Part shown: one piece after another, positions 38,855 to 48,634 of the stretch
How the letters are laid out: every line of letters starts with the position of its first letter
Position numbering within the stretch: the first letter of the stretch is position 1
Origin: a virus
Taxonomy: Duplodnaviria; Heunggongvirae; Uroviricota; Caudoviricetes
Length of the DNA stretch: 64,000 nucleotides
Virus record (IMG/VR): IMGVR_UViG_3300033069_002010
Reading direction: 5' to 3' (one strand)
Position numbers and translations under genes: made by a program
Notes under the pieces: model-generated
What the model was told of the DNA's origin: nothing
The model's input: only the letters and a program-made list of their open reading frames with translations
Database searches by the model: none

Positions 38855-38940
38855 AGTAGTCGTTTTTTGATTGTTTTGTTACACAAAGATACTGAATATT
38901 TCTTAATCCACCAAATCCGATAGAATTTTCGGACTCCAAA

Positions 38941-39183
38941 TTACTTCCATTTGTTTATTTTTCTTATCCTTGCGTAACTTTTAAATATTTTGTTATAATA
39001 CCTAATTGTTTCTACTTGAAACATTTTCTTACCTATACTTTCAAATTCGAATTCCCTAATATCATATCGTATTTTGTCACTTAGTCTGTTTATTCTTATT
39101 GGGGCAAGAATGTACTTTATTATTTTTCTGAATCTGTACTTCATGGGTTTTTCTGGAACAGAAATACTTAGTCTTAATTTCAA
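38941..39183 (-). CDS. small basic protein
   Basis: 80 aa; Arg/Lys-rich. Confidence 0.3.
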   Translation of the reverse strand: MKLRLSISVPEKPMKYRFRKIIKYILAPIRINRLSDKIRYDIREFEFESIGKKMFQVETIRYYNKIFKSYARIRKINKWK

Positions 39184-39257
39184 GATTCCTGTCCATTATA
39201 TCCAATATTTTTTCTCTTAAAAAGAGTGTTTTCTCATTCATCATTTCTTACCCTTTA

Positions 39258-39869
39258 TTACACAAAGATACCTCCTTTATCCGAATTGGCCAAAATTTGA
39301 TAGATTTTTTTGACCTGAAAATGACAGTCAGATCCCTCTCCGTTGAATACTAGGAAATCTGACAAACGCTTCTTTTCCGTCTCATCCATCTGTTTTCTCA
39401 TCCGAATATCATACTCCTGAGGTAGAATCCCATCCCTTTTGAACACCCGACCTATCCTTACCGAATAGGGAGCGTCGACGAATATAATCCTATCCATCCT
39501 CAAGTTCATCCCCGATTCGAACAGGATGGCACTCTCAGCCAAAACAAATTTCGAATCATGGTTTTCACTACAAAAATCTTCGAAATCCGATATCACATAA
39601 GGATGACATATCTCATTCAATTTTTTAAGACGATCTTCTGCACCCTCAACAAACACAATTTTCCTAACCTTAAATCGGTCCATGTTGCCCTGACTGTCAT
39701 AGACATCCCCAAATTCCCTGATTATCTTCTCCTTCAGATCTGGGATGTTGTTGTTGACCCACCTTGCCCTTTCATCAGAGTTGTAGACAGGAACTCCCTG
39801 TTCTTTGAACAGGGAGCTTATATATGATTTTCCAGACCCCATAAGTCCAGTAATTCCAACTTTTAACAT
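39258..39869 (-). CDS. coaE: dephospho-CoA kinase
   Basis: MLKVGITGLMGSGKSYISSLFKEQGVPVYNSDE is the canonical CoaE N-terminus. Confidence 0.85.
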   Translation of the reverse strand: MLKVGITGLMGSGKSYISSLFKEQGVPVYNSDERARWVNNNIPDLKEKIIREFGDVYDSQGNMDRFKVRKIVFVEGAEDRLKKLNEICHPYVISDFEDFCSENHDSKFVLAESAILFESGMNLRMDRIIFVDAPYSVRIGRVFKRDGILPQEYDIRMRKQMDETEKKRLSDFLVFNGEGSDCHFQVKKIYQILANSDKGGIFV

Positions 39870-39878
39870 AAAATATTT

Positions 39879-40205
39879 TTATAGACTAAAACTCTCACCA
39901 CATCCACACGTTCTCGACGCATTTGGGTTCCTCCATTCAAATCCTCTCCCATTAAGACCATCAGAATAGTCGAGTTCGGTTCCCCACAAATATAGGATAC
40001 TTTTTTTATCACAGACAATTTTAATTCCCCTATCTTCAAAAACCTCATCACCATCCTTTACGTCATGATCGAATTCCATGGAATATCTAATTCCCGAACA
40101 CCCTCCGCCCTTGACTCCAACACGAAGAAAATGTTCCTTTGTAAGTCCATCCTTGACGATCAGTTCATCAATCTTTGTTTTCGCCGATTCACTTATCGTT
40201 ATCAT
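39879..40205 (-). CDS. IscA/ErpA/SufA-family iron-sulfur cluster insertion protein
   Basis: ITISESAKTKI...LRVGVKGGGCSG...CGCGESF contains all three conserved cysteines. Confidence 0.85.
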   Translation of the reverse strand: MITISESAKTKIDELIVKDGLTKEHFLRVGVKGGGCSGIRYSMEFDHDVKDGDEVFEDRGIKIVCDKKSILYLWGTELDYSDGLNGRGFEWRNPNASRTCGCGESFSL

Positions 40206-40216
40206 ACTTCACTTTT

Positions 40217-40498
40217 TTAAAAATCATCATCAAATTCTTCCTCATCGTAATCATCATCTTCCTCATCATCTTCCCCATACATGTCCTCATAGTCGTGATA
40301 CTCTAGGACATCATTTTTCTCGAAAAAAGAGATGAGTTCCTTAACCTCTTTCGGTGTAAGCCCACCGTCCTTTATGCGAATAACATCCTGTTCGGGATTA
40401 GACCAATATATCTTCCCATCATCCTGAAGTCGATTTAACCTATCATAGACAATTTCCGAATCGGAACACTCATCCAAACTGTAATACTTTGCAATCAT
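40217..40498 (-). CDS. acidic hypothetical protein
   Basis: 93 aa; poly-acidic C-terminus. Confidence 0.4.
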   Translation of the reverse strand: MIAKYYSLDECSDSEIVYDRLNRLQDDGKIYWSNPEQDVIRIKDGGLTPKEVKELISFFEKNDVLEYHDYEDMYGEDDEEDDDYDEEEFDDDF

Positions 40499-40528
40499 CT
40501 TTAAGAAATTTTTTTCTATATATCCATT

Positions 40529-40759
40529 TTAAAAATCAGGAACTTGTATCTCAGGACCAACTCTCTCTATATCATCAATATAGATACCCATAGAAGAAGA
40601 ATCCCCCATTCCACCAGGAAGAAAACAACAATCATCATCATATTTGGAATGCATGTACCAACAAGGTGTGGGACTTTCATACCCACGTATCAGAACCCAA
40701 TACCAACCAGACTTGGTTGGAAATTCGACACTCTCAAACACTTTTTTAATTTTAGACAT
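40529..40759 (-). CDS. small hypothetical protein (MSKIKKVFESVEF N-terminus)
   Basis: 76 aa. Confidence 0.35.
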   Translation of the reverse strand: MSKIKKVFESVEFPTKSGWYWVLIRGYESPTPCWYMHSKYDDDCCFLPGGMGDSSSMGIYIDDIERVGPEIQVPDF

Positions 40760-41492
40760 CTTTGAATTTTTTATTTATTAAATAATTTGATAAAATCGGT
40801 TTTTTTTCAGTATCCTCCCATTTACAAGCAACCCTCAAATCATCACCAATAAGAGCCACTGTGATATATGTGTTCTCACCACACCTGAAAGTGGCGGTGG
40901 TTTCCTCAAGCTTGATCGGTTCAATCTCCTTTTCGGGATCACAGTCGAAGTTATCGATTTCCTTGATGAAATCAAAAGTTTCGGTTTTATAGTATTTTCC
41001 CTTCAAAAGTTTCAGAAACGGATCGGTGATTTTCAAAACCTCATTTTTCCTTACCCCATGAACATCCTTATACTTGAATCCTATGGTTATGTGCAGATCT
41101 ATCTCAGGAAGCCCATATCTCTTCCTAACCTCCTGGAGTTTTTCCGAACGGACCACCACAAAATATGCCCGGTTTCCAGACCTTTCCGCAGTTCCGATTC
41201 CCATCATCTGAACATCATCGAATTCGAAATCGAACACCGACTCAAGTGAGTTGACAAACCTATCAGGTCCCATCTCTTTCAAGATTCGGTTGTAATCCAT
41301 GACATTTATTACAGTTATATGATAATGCCCTTGATCCCTGTTTTGCTGATATTGGGTATATACGGTAAATTCCTCGTCACCAAGTATCCCCCTCATCTGT
41401 TCGAGATAAGGATGGATAGAGTCTTTCCAAATGTTTACTCCGACATAATTATTCCCAACTGTGTCCTTAATGTATTCTACTCTGTAAATCAT
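40752..41492 (-). CDS. 2H phosphoesterase (LigT / cyclic phosphodiesterase-like)
   Basis: Two H-x-T-x motifs (GHYHITV and DLHITIG) about 90 aa apart; ATGA overlap with the upstream CCA-adding enzyme gene. Confidence 0.55.
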   Translation of the reverse strand: MIYRVEYIKDTVGNNYVGVNIWKDSIHPYLEQMRGILGDEEFTVYTQYQQNRDQGHYHITVINVMDYNRILKEMGPDRFVNSLESVFDFEFDDVQMMGIGTAERSGNRAYFVVVRSEKLQEVRKRYGLPEIDLHITIGFKYKDVHGVRKNEVLKITDPFLKLLKGKYYKTETFDFIKEIDNFDCDPEKEIEPIKLEETTATFRCGENTYITVALIGDDLRVACKWEDTEKKPILSNYLINKKFKDV

Positions 41493-42697
41493 ACAATCAT
41501 TTTTTTGAATTCCTCAGTCTCAAGTCTCTTAATCTCCTCCCCAAGAGCCTTACCCCTAATTCCACTAGACATGAGGTCATCAGCCGAAACCGTTGGAACA
41601 TATTCGACAAACTTCCGAAACATCCTATCCCTAACAAGGTTACAGTCTAACCATTCAAGGATGACCGAATTGTCGATGTGACACTTTATTTTCCTCTTAT
41701 ACATCTCAAAAACGTTATCAGGAGTCAATCCCAAAAGAGATATCAGGAAAACCGACTTGTCAGCGACATCCCCTTCGATCTTGAATTCCTGGACCAGTTT
41801 CCTTTCCAAGATCTTCGGATCTTCCTTCCTGAAAAGGTTGGCTAATATGACCACCATATTTGACGAATCGATAAGATCTGTGTTTATCAGACATCCGGGA
41901 AAAACTACATCCCAGAGCCCCAAATCGGTGAAATACTGGAGATAACTATTGAAATCAAGAGTCTTCTTCTTGGTATACGAATGTGCCTTCTTGATCTCCT
42001 CCCAAATCCTTTCACGGGAAATGATATTCAGATCGTTCTTCCTGTCACGGATCGCGTCAAGTGATTTCGGATCCACACTGAAACTATATCTGAACGCAAA
42101 CCTGATGAGTCTCAGGATACGCAGAGGATCTTCCTTGATTCTGAGTTCGGGATCACCGAGAAAACGGGCGACACGGTTTTTTATGTCATCCATACCACCA
42201 ACCAAATCGACTATAGATTTGGTGTCCAAATCATAAAACAAAGCGTTGAAAGGTATGTCACGACGCTTAACGTCGTTTTCTATCGTGGTGAACCTCACAT
42301 CAGGATTCCTAGTCGTTCCAAGCACTGCCGAAACACCAGTCTTACCAGCTTCCGAGGCATATATATCCTCCCTGAAAGTGGCGATCTCCATACCCAAAGG
42401 CTGGTCATCGGTATATACTACAACTACCCCGAAAGCCTTACCCTGAAGGTTCGTCGAATATCCTTCAGATTTAAGGATCGAGACAACCTCATCGGGAACA
42501 GCGTCGGTGGCCAAATCAAAATCCTTAGGTTGGTCACCAATAAGGAAATCCCTGACCGAACCCCCAACCACAAAAAGTTTCTTTCCGTTTGATTGGAAAA
42601 TCCGATGGAGTTCCTTGACCGAATCGGGAATAAGATTCCACATATCAGAATCCCTTTGGTTTTCTAGAAATTTTTCGTAATTTACTAATACTTTCAT
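41489..42697 (-). CDS. cca: CCA tRNA nucleotidyltransferase
   Basis: LFVVGGSVRDFLIGDQPKDFDLATDAVPDEV head-domain signature. Start moved to the internal Met (MKVLVNYEKF); the first M at 42775 adds a hydrophobic 26-aa extension that overlaps the divergent gene. Confidence 0.85.
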   Translation of the reverse strand: MKVLVNYEKFLENQRDSDMWNLIPDSVKELHRIFQSNGKKLFVVGGSVRDFLIGDQPKDFDLATDAVPDEVVSILKSEGYSTNLQGKAFGVVVVYTDDQPLGMEIATFREDIYASEAGKTGVSAVLGTTRNPDVRFTTIENDVKRRDIPFNALFYDLDTKSIVDLVGGMDDIKNRVARFLGDPELRIKEDPLRILRLIRFAFRYSFSVDPKSLDAIRDRKNDLNIISRERIWEEIKKAHSYTKKKTLDFNSYLQYFTDLGLWDVVFPGCLINTDLIDSSNMVVILANLFRKEDPKILERKLVQEFKIEGDVADKSVFLISLLGLTPDNVFEMYKRKIKCHIDNSVILEWLDCNLVRDRMFRKFVEYVPTVSADDLMSSGIRGKALGEEIKRLETEEFKKMIV

Positions 42698-42720
42698 TGA
42701 AACAAAGTTAATCAAAATTT

Positions 42721-42736
42721 TTAATATATATATTAA
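42721..42736. promoter_or_regulatory. palindromic TTAATATATATATTAA element in a divergent promoter region
   Basis: Perfect 16-nt palindrome between divergent starts at 42697 (minus) and 42738 (plus). Confidence 0.4.
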
Positions 42737-42737
42737 T

Positions 42738-43235
42738 ATGAAAGACATTAAAAAGTTTGAGGCGTTTGGTGACATTTATCCCGAAACCAGGTTGGACTAC
42801 GACTGGAAAAGGGAATTTCTCGAAATACGGGAACTTTTCTACAACATCGAGGAAAATCTACCCGATGAGAGTTTGGTCGACTTTTCGGCTGGATGGAGGT
42901 CATCGATGAATAACCAAATGTTCCCATGTTACATAAATAAGGCGGGCGAGATTATGGGGAATGACGAAGTGATAGAAAAAACCTGCGGCACATACGCCAA
43001 CTTTCTCATAAGAATCACTATAGAACCGAGATTCAAAACCCGTAACTACTCCCCATTCAAAATCTCAAATTCCGAGTCCTTTTTCGGGGAAAACGCTCAA
43101 ATCGTGGTAGACATAATATCAAGACTCAAATACATAACAAAAGGACTGAACGAATACTCAATGGGGATAACATTCAAAGATAATCTCATCTATATATATT
43201 TTTTAAGAAACAACAACGAAAGAAAACAGATATGA
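42738..43235 (+). CDS. hypothetical protein (MKDIKKFEAF N-terminus)
   Basis: 165 aa. Confidence 0.45.
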   Translation: MKDIKKFEAFGDIYPETRLDYDWKREFLEIRELFYNIEENLPDESLVDFSAGWRSSMNNQMFPCYINKAGEIMGNDEVIEKTCGTYANFLIRITIEPRFKTRNYSPFKISNSESFFGENAQIVVDIISRLKYITKGLNEYSMGITFKDNLIYIYFLRNNNERKQI

Positions 43236-44029
43236 CCGAAAAAATAAAAAAAGCCTATGACCTAGCTAAATGGGCTCACGAAGGACAGACAAGAAAATTT
43301 ACAGGAAAACCGTATTTCGATGAACATGTCGTCAAGGTTTGGGAGGAAACGAAACGATACGGGGCCACCGAAGAAGAGGAATGTGCATCGCTGCTCCACG
43401 ACACGGTTGAGGACCAGCCCGATAAGGTAAGCCTAAAAATGATCGAAGAGGAATTCGGACCAAAAGTCTCTGGATACGTCGGAGAACTGACATCAGACGA
43501 GGATAGAATAAGGGAAATCGGAAAAGCCCAATACATGAAGGAAAAACTTTCCAAAATATCACTAGGATCACTCAAGGTCAAACTAGCCGATAGGAAATGC
43601 AACATTTCCGACATGATGACGGCTCCCGAAAAATTCAGGAACAAATACTACCCAGAGACAAGAACGATGATGGAAGGACTGGAAGGAAGGAATCTTCCCG
43701 AAGCCCAGGAAAAATTGGCCGATGACATAAACCAAATCCTAGACGAGGTTAAGTCGAAATTTTTTGAATCCAAGAAACACTCATTAAAATATATAAAATT
43801 GTACGAAGACTTTAAACAGAACAACATAACCCACGACGATATCATAAAATGTATAGACTCAGGTGGAGTTATATATGCCAACATAGTTAGGAATTTTCCT
43901 GAAAACGTTCCCGAAGAACCTCTTCACCCAGTATCAGTTGATGATGATGGGTTAATAACCGTTGAGAAAGAAGGGAGAAACTATGAAGTAGATATAAGAG
44001 ATGTCAAGAAAATAGAATATAACAAATAA
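43232..44029 (+). CDS. HD-domain (p)ppGpp hydrolase, SpoT/RelA-N-like small alarmone hydrolase
   Basis: AHEGQTRKFTGKPYFDEHVVKV...ASLLHDTVED matches the SpoT HD hydrolase signature (H...GQ.R..G.PY..H...VA...HD..ED). Confidence 0.7.
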   Translation: MTEKIKKAYDLAKWAHEGQTRKFTGKPYFDEHVVKVWEETKRYGATEEEECASLLHDTVEDQPDKVSLKMIEEEFGPKVSGYVGELTSDEDRIREIGKAQYMKEKLSKISLGSLKVKLADRKCNISDMMTAPEKFRNKYYPETRTMMEGLEGRNLPEAQEKLADDINQILDEVKSKFFESKKHSLKYIKLYEDFKQNNITHDDIIKCIDSGGVIYANIVRNFPENVPEEPLHPVSVDDDGLITVEKEGRNYEVDIRDVKKIEYNK

Positions 44030-44448
44030 TGGAATTTCAAACTAAAAGCGGAGGATTAGTCAGGACTGGATATTTTCACTCGAGAATATCAGGAGATCAG
44101 TTTTTTATAACCATAGACCAATCATCAAACATAAATAATGGTGATGATGAAGCTACCCTCGTCCTAACTAACCAGGAAGTTAGAGACCTAATATCACTTC
44201 TCAACAACCACTTAATCTACTCGGAAGGGAAACCGTTTGTCATCCTGGCAGATCCTCTTCTCCACCCCTCAGTTCACATACATGTGGTCACCGATGAGGG
44301 TGAGAAAGAGATAGAAAAGGATCCGGATCTGGTAAACCCCTTCCTGAACGGAACCCAAGAGACAACACCAGGGGAAATACACCTGGATAAGGCAGACTAT
44401 TTCAAAAGCATCCTGCCAAAACTGACCAACGTAAAACCTATTCAATAG
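44029..44448 (+). CDS. hypothetical protein
   Basis: 139 aa. Confidence 0.4.
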   Translation: MEFQTKSGGLVRTGYFHSRISGDQFFITIDQSSNINNGDDEATLVLTNQEVRDLISLLNNHLIYSEGKPFVILADPLLHPSVHIHVVTDEGEKEIEKDPDLVNPFLNGTQETTPGEIHLDKADYFKSILPKLTNVKPIQ

Positions 44449-44450
44449 AC

Positions 44451-45023
44451 ATGAAACACCTGAAACTCTTCGAATCCAAGAACTGGGAAATAGTATTCGA
44501 CCCACACATCACAAGAATAGAATGGAACGGTCTGCCATCTTACCTACGCGACAAAACACTTATCGACTTCACACAGAGAGATATAAAACAAATAATCGGA
44601 TTTTTGGAGCATTTCGTCCCGATGTCAATGATTAAGATGCCCGAAAATACTGACAAAAAATTGGATTATGACCAAGGTAAATTTCGTGGTTCAATAGATG
44701 TGTCAACGGAAAGATCGAGCCGACCCAAAAACTATTATGACAATATCAATATATTGAAGTTAGATGATGAATACTTCATTGTATATTGCACCCACGGATA
44801 CCCAAGCGGACAACGAACCCAGGTATTCAAATGTGACCAAATCGAAGGACTGATCGAACTATTGGGGATGATGTTTGAGGGATATCCCAAAAAGGACTAT
44901 TCGAGCCAAAACTACATAACCAAAATAAAAAATCTAATCAATTCAATAGACATCGAAAAAACAGATCCAAAAAAACTGAAATCACTAGAGGAATTCCTAA
45001 TAAAATGGAAATCTGATTCATGA
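44451..45023 (+). CDS. hypothetical protein (MKHLKLFES N-terminus)
   Basis: 190 aa. Confidence 0.45.
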   Translation: MKHLKLFESKNWEIVFDPHITRIEWNGLPSYLRDKTLIDFTQRDIKQIIGFLEHFVPMSMIKMPENTDKKLDYDQGKFRGSIDVSTERSSRPKNYYDNINILKLDDEYFIVYCTHGYPSGQRTQVFKCDQIEGLIELLGMMFEGYPKKDYSSQNYITKIKNLINSIDIEKTDPKKLKSLEEFLIKWKSDS

Positions 45024-46916
45024 TAAAACCATTTCAAATTTTATCTTACCACAATCCCATATCTTATTGATTCTATTTTTCTCAACATATTTTGATTCAG
45101 TTAAGGTAGTCTTGAGTTTTGATTTTCTAAATCTTGACTTATGGACCCTCTTACCATCCACAACATACTTATAATCTGGATTTGAGAAATTAATAAGTTT
45201 AAAACCTATGGTTTCATATAATTTTCCATTAGACCAGTCCCTGTCAGCATAACTAACTATCCTAGTAGGCCCATAGTTTTTGATGAAATTTTTCAAAAGT
45301 CTAGATGCACCACCAATAACCGATGTATCTATCTTATTACAAAACCTGGACAAATTCCATTCCATATTATCCATTTTTTTCCTACCTTCGGAATGATCAA
45401 ATGTCATAATAGAAACAAGTTCCCCTCTATAGTACAATCCTATTTTAACCACAGAATTCACAAATCCTTGTATGTGATTCTCATCAAGAAAACACCGAAC
45501 TATTTTTGGATCATTTATAACCCTAACTTCACATTTTCTAGCATGAATCATGGTATTAGTAATACCAATCCAATTTCTGATTTGACTCTTAATAATATTT
45601 GTCCTATGCGACCAGTCGTCTTCCCATATATTTATAATATGAATTCCTTTGTCCAAAAAATATTTTCTTTTATTTAAGTGATAATTTCTATCTCTGTATT
45701 TTTCTGAATGCCAGTATAGTCCATTAAACTCAAATCCTATTTTCAAATCGGGAAGATAAATATCTATTTCCAACCCATCTCTATATGATCCAATAACCTC
45801 TCCTTGATATATTGATTTTATATAATTCAGCACTTGTTTTTCCTTTATTGAATATAACTCTCCGACGGGATTACAAATGACACATAAGGGCACTCTACCT
45901 CTTATCCTATTAAAATATAGATCAGTTGATATTTCAAAATTGTGTGGTTTATCTAAATCACATTTGAATAAAGAAACACTATTACCAACATAAGTAATAT
46001 ATGAATCGTGTTTAGTTATTGAAAATTTAATTCTTATTTCATCAGACTGGGAAACATGTTCAACATTATATTTATCAAGATTTGTTTTCCTTACTTTATC
46101 AAGTATAATAGGTGATTGTAATGGTGATTCTACACCATATTTTTCAATATTTGTCTTTTTTATCTGTTCTCTAATCTCGGGTGACTTAAAAACATTATCA
46201 TAGCCATACCTTTCTATATTTGTGTTTCTAATGATCTGCTTACAATCTTCACTTTTTAAGTTTGAGTCAACACCCCACTTTTCTATACTTGATTCTCTTC
46301 TTTTTTTCTGAAATTCTTCACTTTGTGAAACATATTCTACACCATATTTTTTTAAATTTGTCTCTTTGGACCTCCGAATAAAGTCATCTGTGCCAATATA
46401 ATACTCACTACCATATTTCAACATGTTAGTCTCAGTTACCTTAACCTTGAAATCATCGGTTTTCGCATAACTGTCTAATCCATATTTTTCCAAACAAGTA
46501 TTCCTTATTTTTGACTTGACTACATCACTATACATTTGATGTTCAACCCCATGATTCCTGATTAACGTTTGTTTGGACTTCTCTTTAACAGTATTTAATT
46601 GAAATGGATTATCCACACCATATTTGGATTGACATACATCCTTTATTTTCTGATTGGAACATTGATACCTACTACATGATGATTTATTTATATCTTTTAT
46701 AGATAAATTATATCGTTTATAAGGTTGTTTAAATTCCAATCCACAATAATCACATTTTACATCAACAACTATCTTGGATCCAATAGTGATATCTTTGATA
46801 TTAACTGTTATAATATCACCTATTTTTGGATTATCTAAATCATATTTATTTCTTAATTTAAGACAGTTCCTTTTAGTTAAGACTATTTCTACTTTTTCGG
46901 TTAATAGCATAAACAA
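45018..46916 (-). CDS. modular homing endonuclease, KYGV-repeat family with Vsr-like nuclease module
   Basis: Nine or more KYGV(D/E)xxxQ repeats, then LEIDIYLPDLKIGFEFNGLYWHSE...IWEDDW and ARKCEVRVI...NHIQGF, paralogous to 8322..9965. AT-rich. Confidence 0.7.
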   Translation of the reverse strand: MFMLLTEKVEIVLTKRNCLKLRNKYDLDNPKIGDIITVNIKDITIGSKIVVDVKCDYCGLEFKQPYKRYNLSIKDINKSSCSRYQCSNQKIKDVCQSKYGVDNPFQLNTVKEKSKQTLIRNHGVEHQMYSDVVKSKIRNTCLEKYGLDSYAKTDDFKVKVTETNMLKYGSEYYIGTDDFIRRSKETNLKKYGVEYVSQSEEFQKKRRESSIEKWGVDSNLKSEDCKQIIRNTNIERYGYDNVFKSPEIREQIKKTNIEKYGVESPLQSPIILDKVRKTNLDKYNVEHVSQSDEIRIKFSITKHDSYITYVGNSVSLFKCDLDKPHNFEISTDLYFNRIRGRVPLCVICNPVGELYSIKEKQVLNYIKSIYQGEVIGSYRDGLEIDIYLPDLKIGFEFNGLYWHSEKYRDRNYHLNKRKYFLDKGIHIINIWEDDWSHRTNIIKSQIRNWIGITNTMIHARKCEVRVINDPKIVRCFLDENHIQGFVNSVVKIGLYYRGELVSIMTFDHSEGRKKMDNMEWNLSRFCNKIDTSVIGGASRLLKNFIKNYGPTRIVSYADRDWSNGKLYETIGFKLINFSNPDYKYVVDGKRVHKSRFRKSKLKTTLTESKYVEKNRINKIWDCGKIKFEMVLS

Positions 46917-46979
46917 CTCTTCTTTTTATATTCTATATATAAAAAAGAAGAGTTGTTCCACTTAGTCCCTTATTATTTT

Positions 46980-48581
46980 TTATTTATCATCCAAATCAAC
47001 CTTAATCTGCTTGACACGACCGTTTGTCTTCGAAATTGGAACCTCTGTCCCGATTGATATCAAAAGTATGTTACCCTTGATTTGCGACAAGTCAAGACTA
47101 TCACAGTAACCATCGGTCAACACAAGAGTATTGAACTCGTTGAAGTGCTGGGAGACGTAGTTTACAGCCGGTTGAAGAGCTGTACCACCAAGACCTTTGA
47201 TTGGAATACTTTCCAACTTACGCTTTGACTTGATGTTCTGTACCCACTTGACTTGAGTATCCGCCTCAATCAGATTGACCTCTATGTCGTTCCTGTAAAT
47301 ATAGGAAAGAACCCTTTCGAATGTCCCACCCATTGAACCTGACGTATCAAGAATACAGTTGATTTTGGTCTTGATCCTACGGTTTCCTTTCAGACCGTCA
47401 ATCTGACGACGGTTAGGCTTAACGATTGTCTTGGTCTTTTTCGTACCGAAAATCAGGTTCGAAACCGAACGCTTGATGTATTTCAGGTAATCCTTACGCT
47501 TCTTACGGAGCTTGTTGAGTGTCTGTTCGATATTACCAGCTTCCAAACCACGGGCCTGGAGACGGTCCATCGCGTCCTTAACCATTGACTCCCTCATTTC
47601 CTCAGGAACCTCATCGTTCATGTGAACATCAAGATACTGCCCCTGGTTGTTCTCAAGGTTGTCAAGAATTTGGTCGAGAGACCAAGTGTCTATCTTTTCC
47701 TTTTCGTTCTTAGGATTCTTACCATAGGCACCGTAAGATGGTTTTCCAGAAGAATCCTTTCCGCCTTCACCACCTGTACCCTGACAGTCTGGACAATCCT
47801 GACCGGACTGTCCGTGTTGGTGTCCTCCTTGACCCTGTCCGTTCTGACCTTGTTGACCCTGTTGACCCTGTCCGTTCTGACCCTGACTGTCTCCTTCATC
47901 ACCATCCTGACCCTGTCCGTTCTGACCCTGTTGTGGTTGACCTTGGCCCTGCTGTGGCTGACCCTGCTGGGATTGTCCTGTCTTACCCGAACCGTTGCAG
48001 GTTTTGCACTGTCCGTTCTTCTTCTGTTTCTTCTGATGCTTTTCCTGCTCTTCACGAAGCCACTCATAGAGTTCCTCGAAAATCAGCTTTCCTGGATACT
48101 CGGAGGGAACGAAAAGAGCCATGTTGCGTCCATGTTCATCTTTCGGTATCTCGACATAGTTCTGAGGAATGTCCTCCCAAATGATATGATTGATAATCAT
48201 ATCCTGGGCGATGTTGGAAAGCTTGTGATCGTACTGACCTGTAATCGTACGCTTGGGGTGGTTCCACAAAAGGTGGAAATCCTCATGGAGAGTGATGAAA
48301 TTGACCTCTTTCTGGGAAAGTCGGTTCAGGAACTCCGAACTGTAATAGAACTGCATACCCTTGGCAGTCATGTTGACCGCACAGGTATCGATATCCTTTC
48401 TCTCATGGAATGAGATAAACAGGTTGAAATTCCCATAATAGGGAAGTGAAACTCGAGTGTCAATTAACATCTGTTGGATCGACTCCATCAGTTTCTCGTG
48501 GATATTTTTTAAATACATACTTTTAATATTATGATTTATACAAAAATAATGAATTTGGTTTAAATGAACAAAAAATTTCAT
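46980..48581 (-). CDS. DUF2201-type putative metallopeptidase / VWA-domain protein with Gln/Gly-rich repetitive linker
   Basis: N-terminal HEDFHLLWNH (HExxH); central QGQ/GQN low-complexity tract of about 90 aa; C-terminal VWA with MIDAS ILDTSGSMGG...LTDG. Confidence 0.7.
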   Translation of the reverse strand: MKFFVHLNQIHYFCINHNIKSMYLKNIHEKLMESIQQMLIDTRVSLPYYGNFNLFISFHERKDIDTCAVNMTAKGMQFYYSSEFLNRLSQKEVNFITLHEDFHLLWNHPKRTITGQYDHKLSNIAQDMIINHIIWEDIPQNYVEIPKDEHGRNMALFVPSEYPGKLIFEELYEWLREEQEKHQKKQKKNGQCKTCNGSGKTGQSQQGQPQQGQGQPQQGQNGQGQDGDEGDSQGQNGQGQQGQQGQNGQGQGGHQHGQSGQDCPDCQGTGGEGGKDSSGKPSYGAYGKNPKNEKEKIDTWSLDQILDNLENNQGQYLDVHMNDEVPEEMRESMVKDAMDRLQARGLEAGNIEQTLNKLRKKRKDYLKYIKRSVSNLIFGTKKTKTIVKPNRRQIDGLKGNRRIKTKINCILDTSGSMGGTFERVLSYIYRNDIEVNLIEADTQVKWVQNIKSKRKLESIPIKGLGGTALQPAVNYVSQHFNEFNTLVLTDGYCDSLDLSQIKGNILLISIGTEVPISKTNGRVKQIKVDLDDK

Positions 48582-48634
48582 ACCATAATAGGAGGATTAA
48601 TCATTTAATATAATGGTAAAATTATATTTCAAAA

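Noticed and set aside
47622-48413. Plus-strand ORFs 47622..48413, 47738..48184 and minus-strand 47690..48067, all inside the VWA gene
   Set aside because: Frame artefacts of the Q/G-rich low-complexity repeat: alternative frames of a CAG/GGT-type tract stay open. The host gene has clear HExxH and MIDAS motifs.
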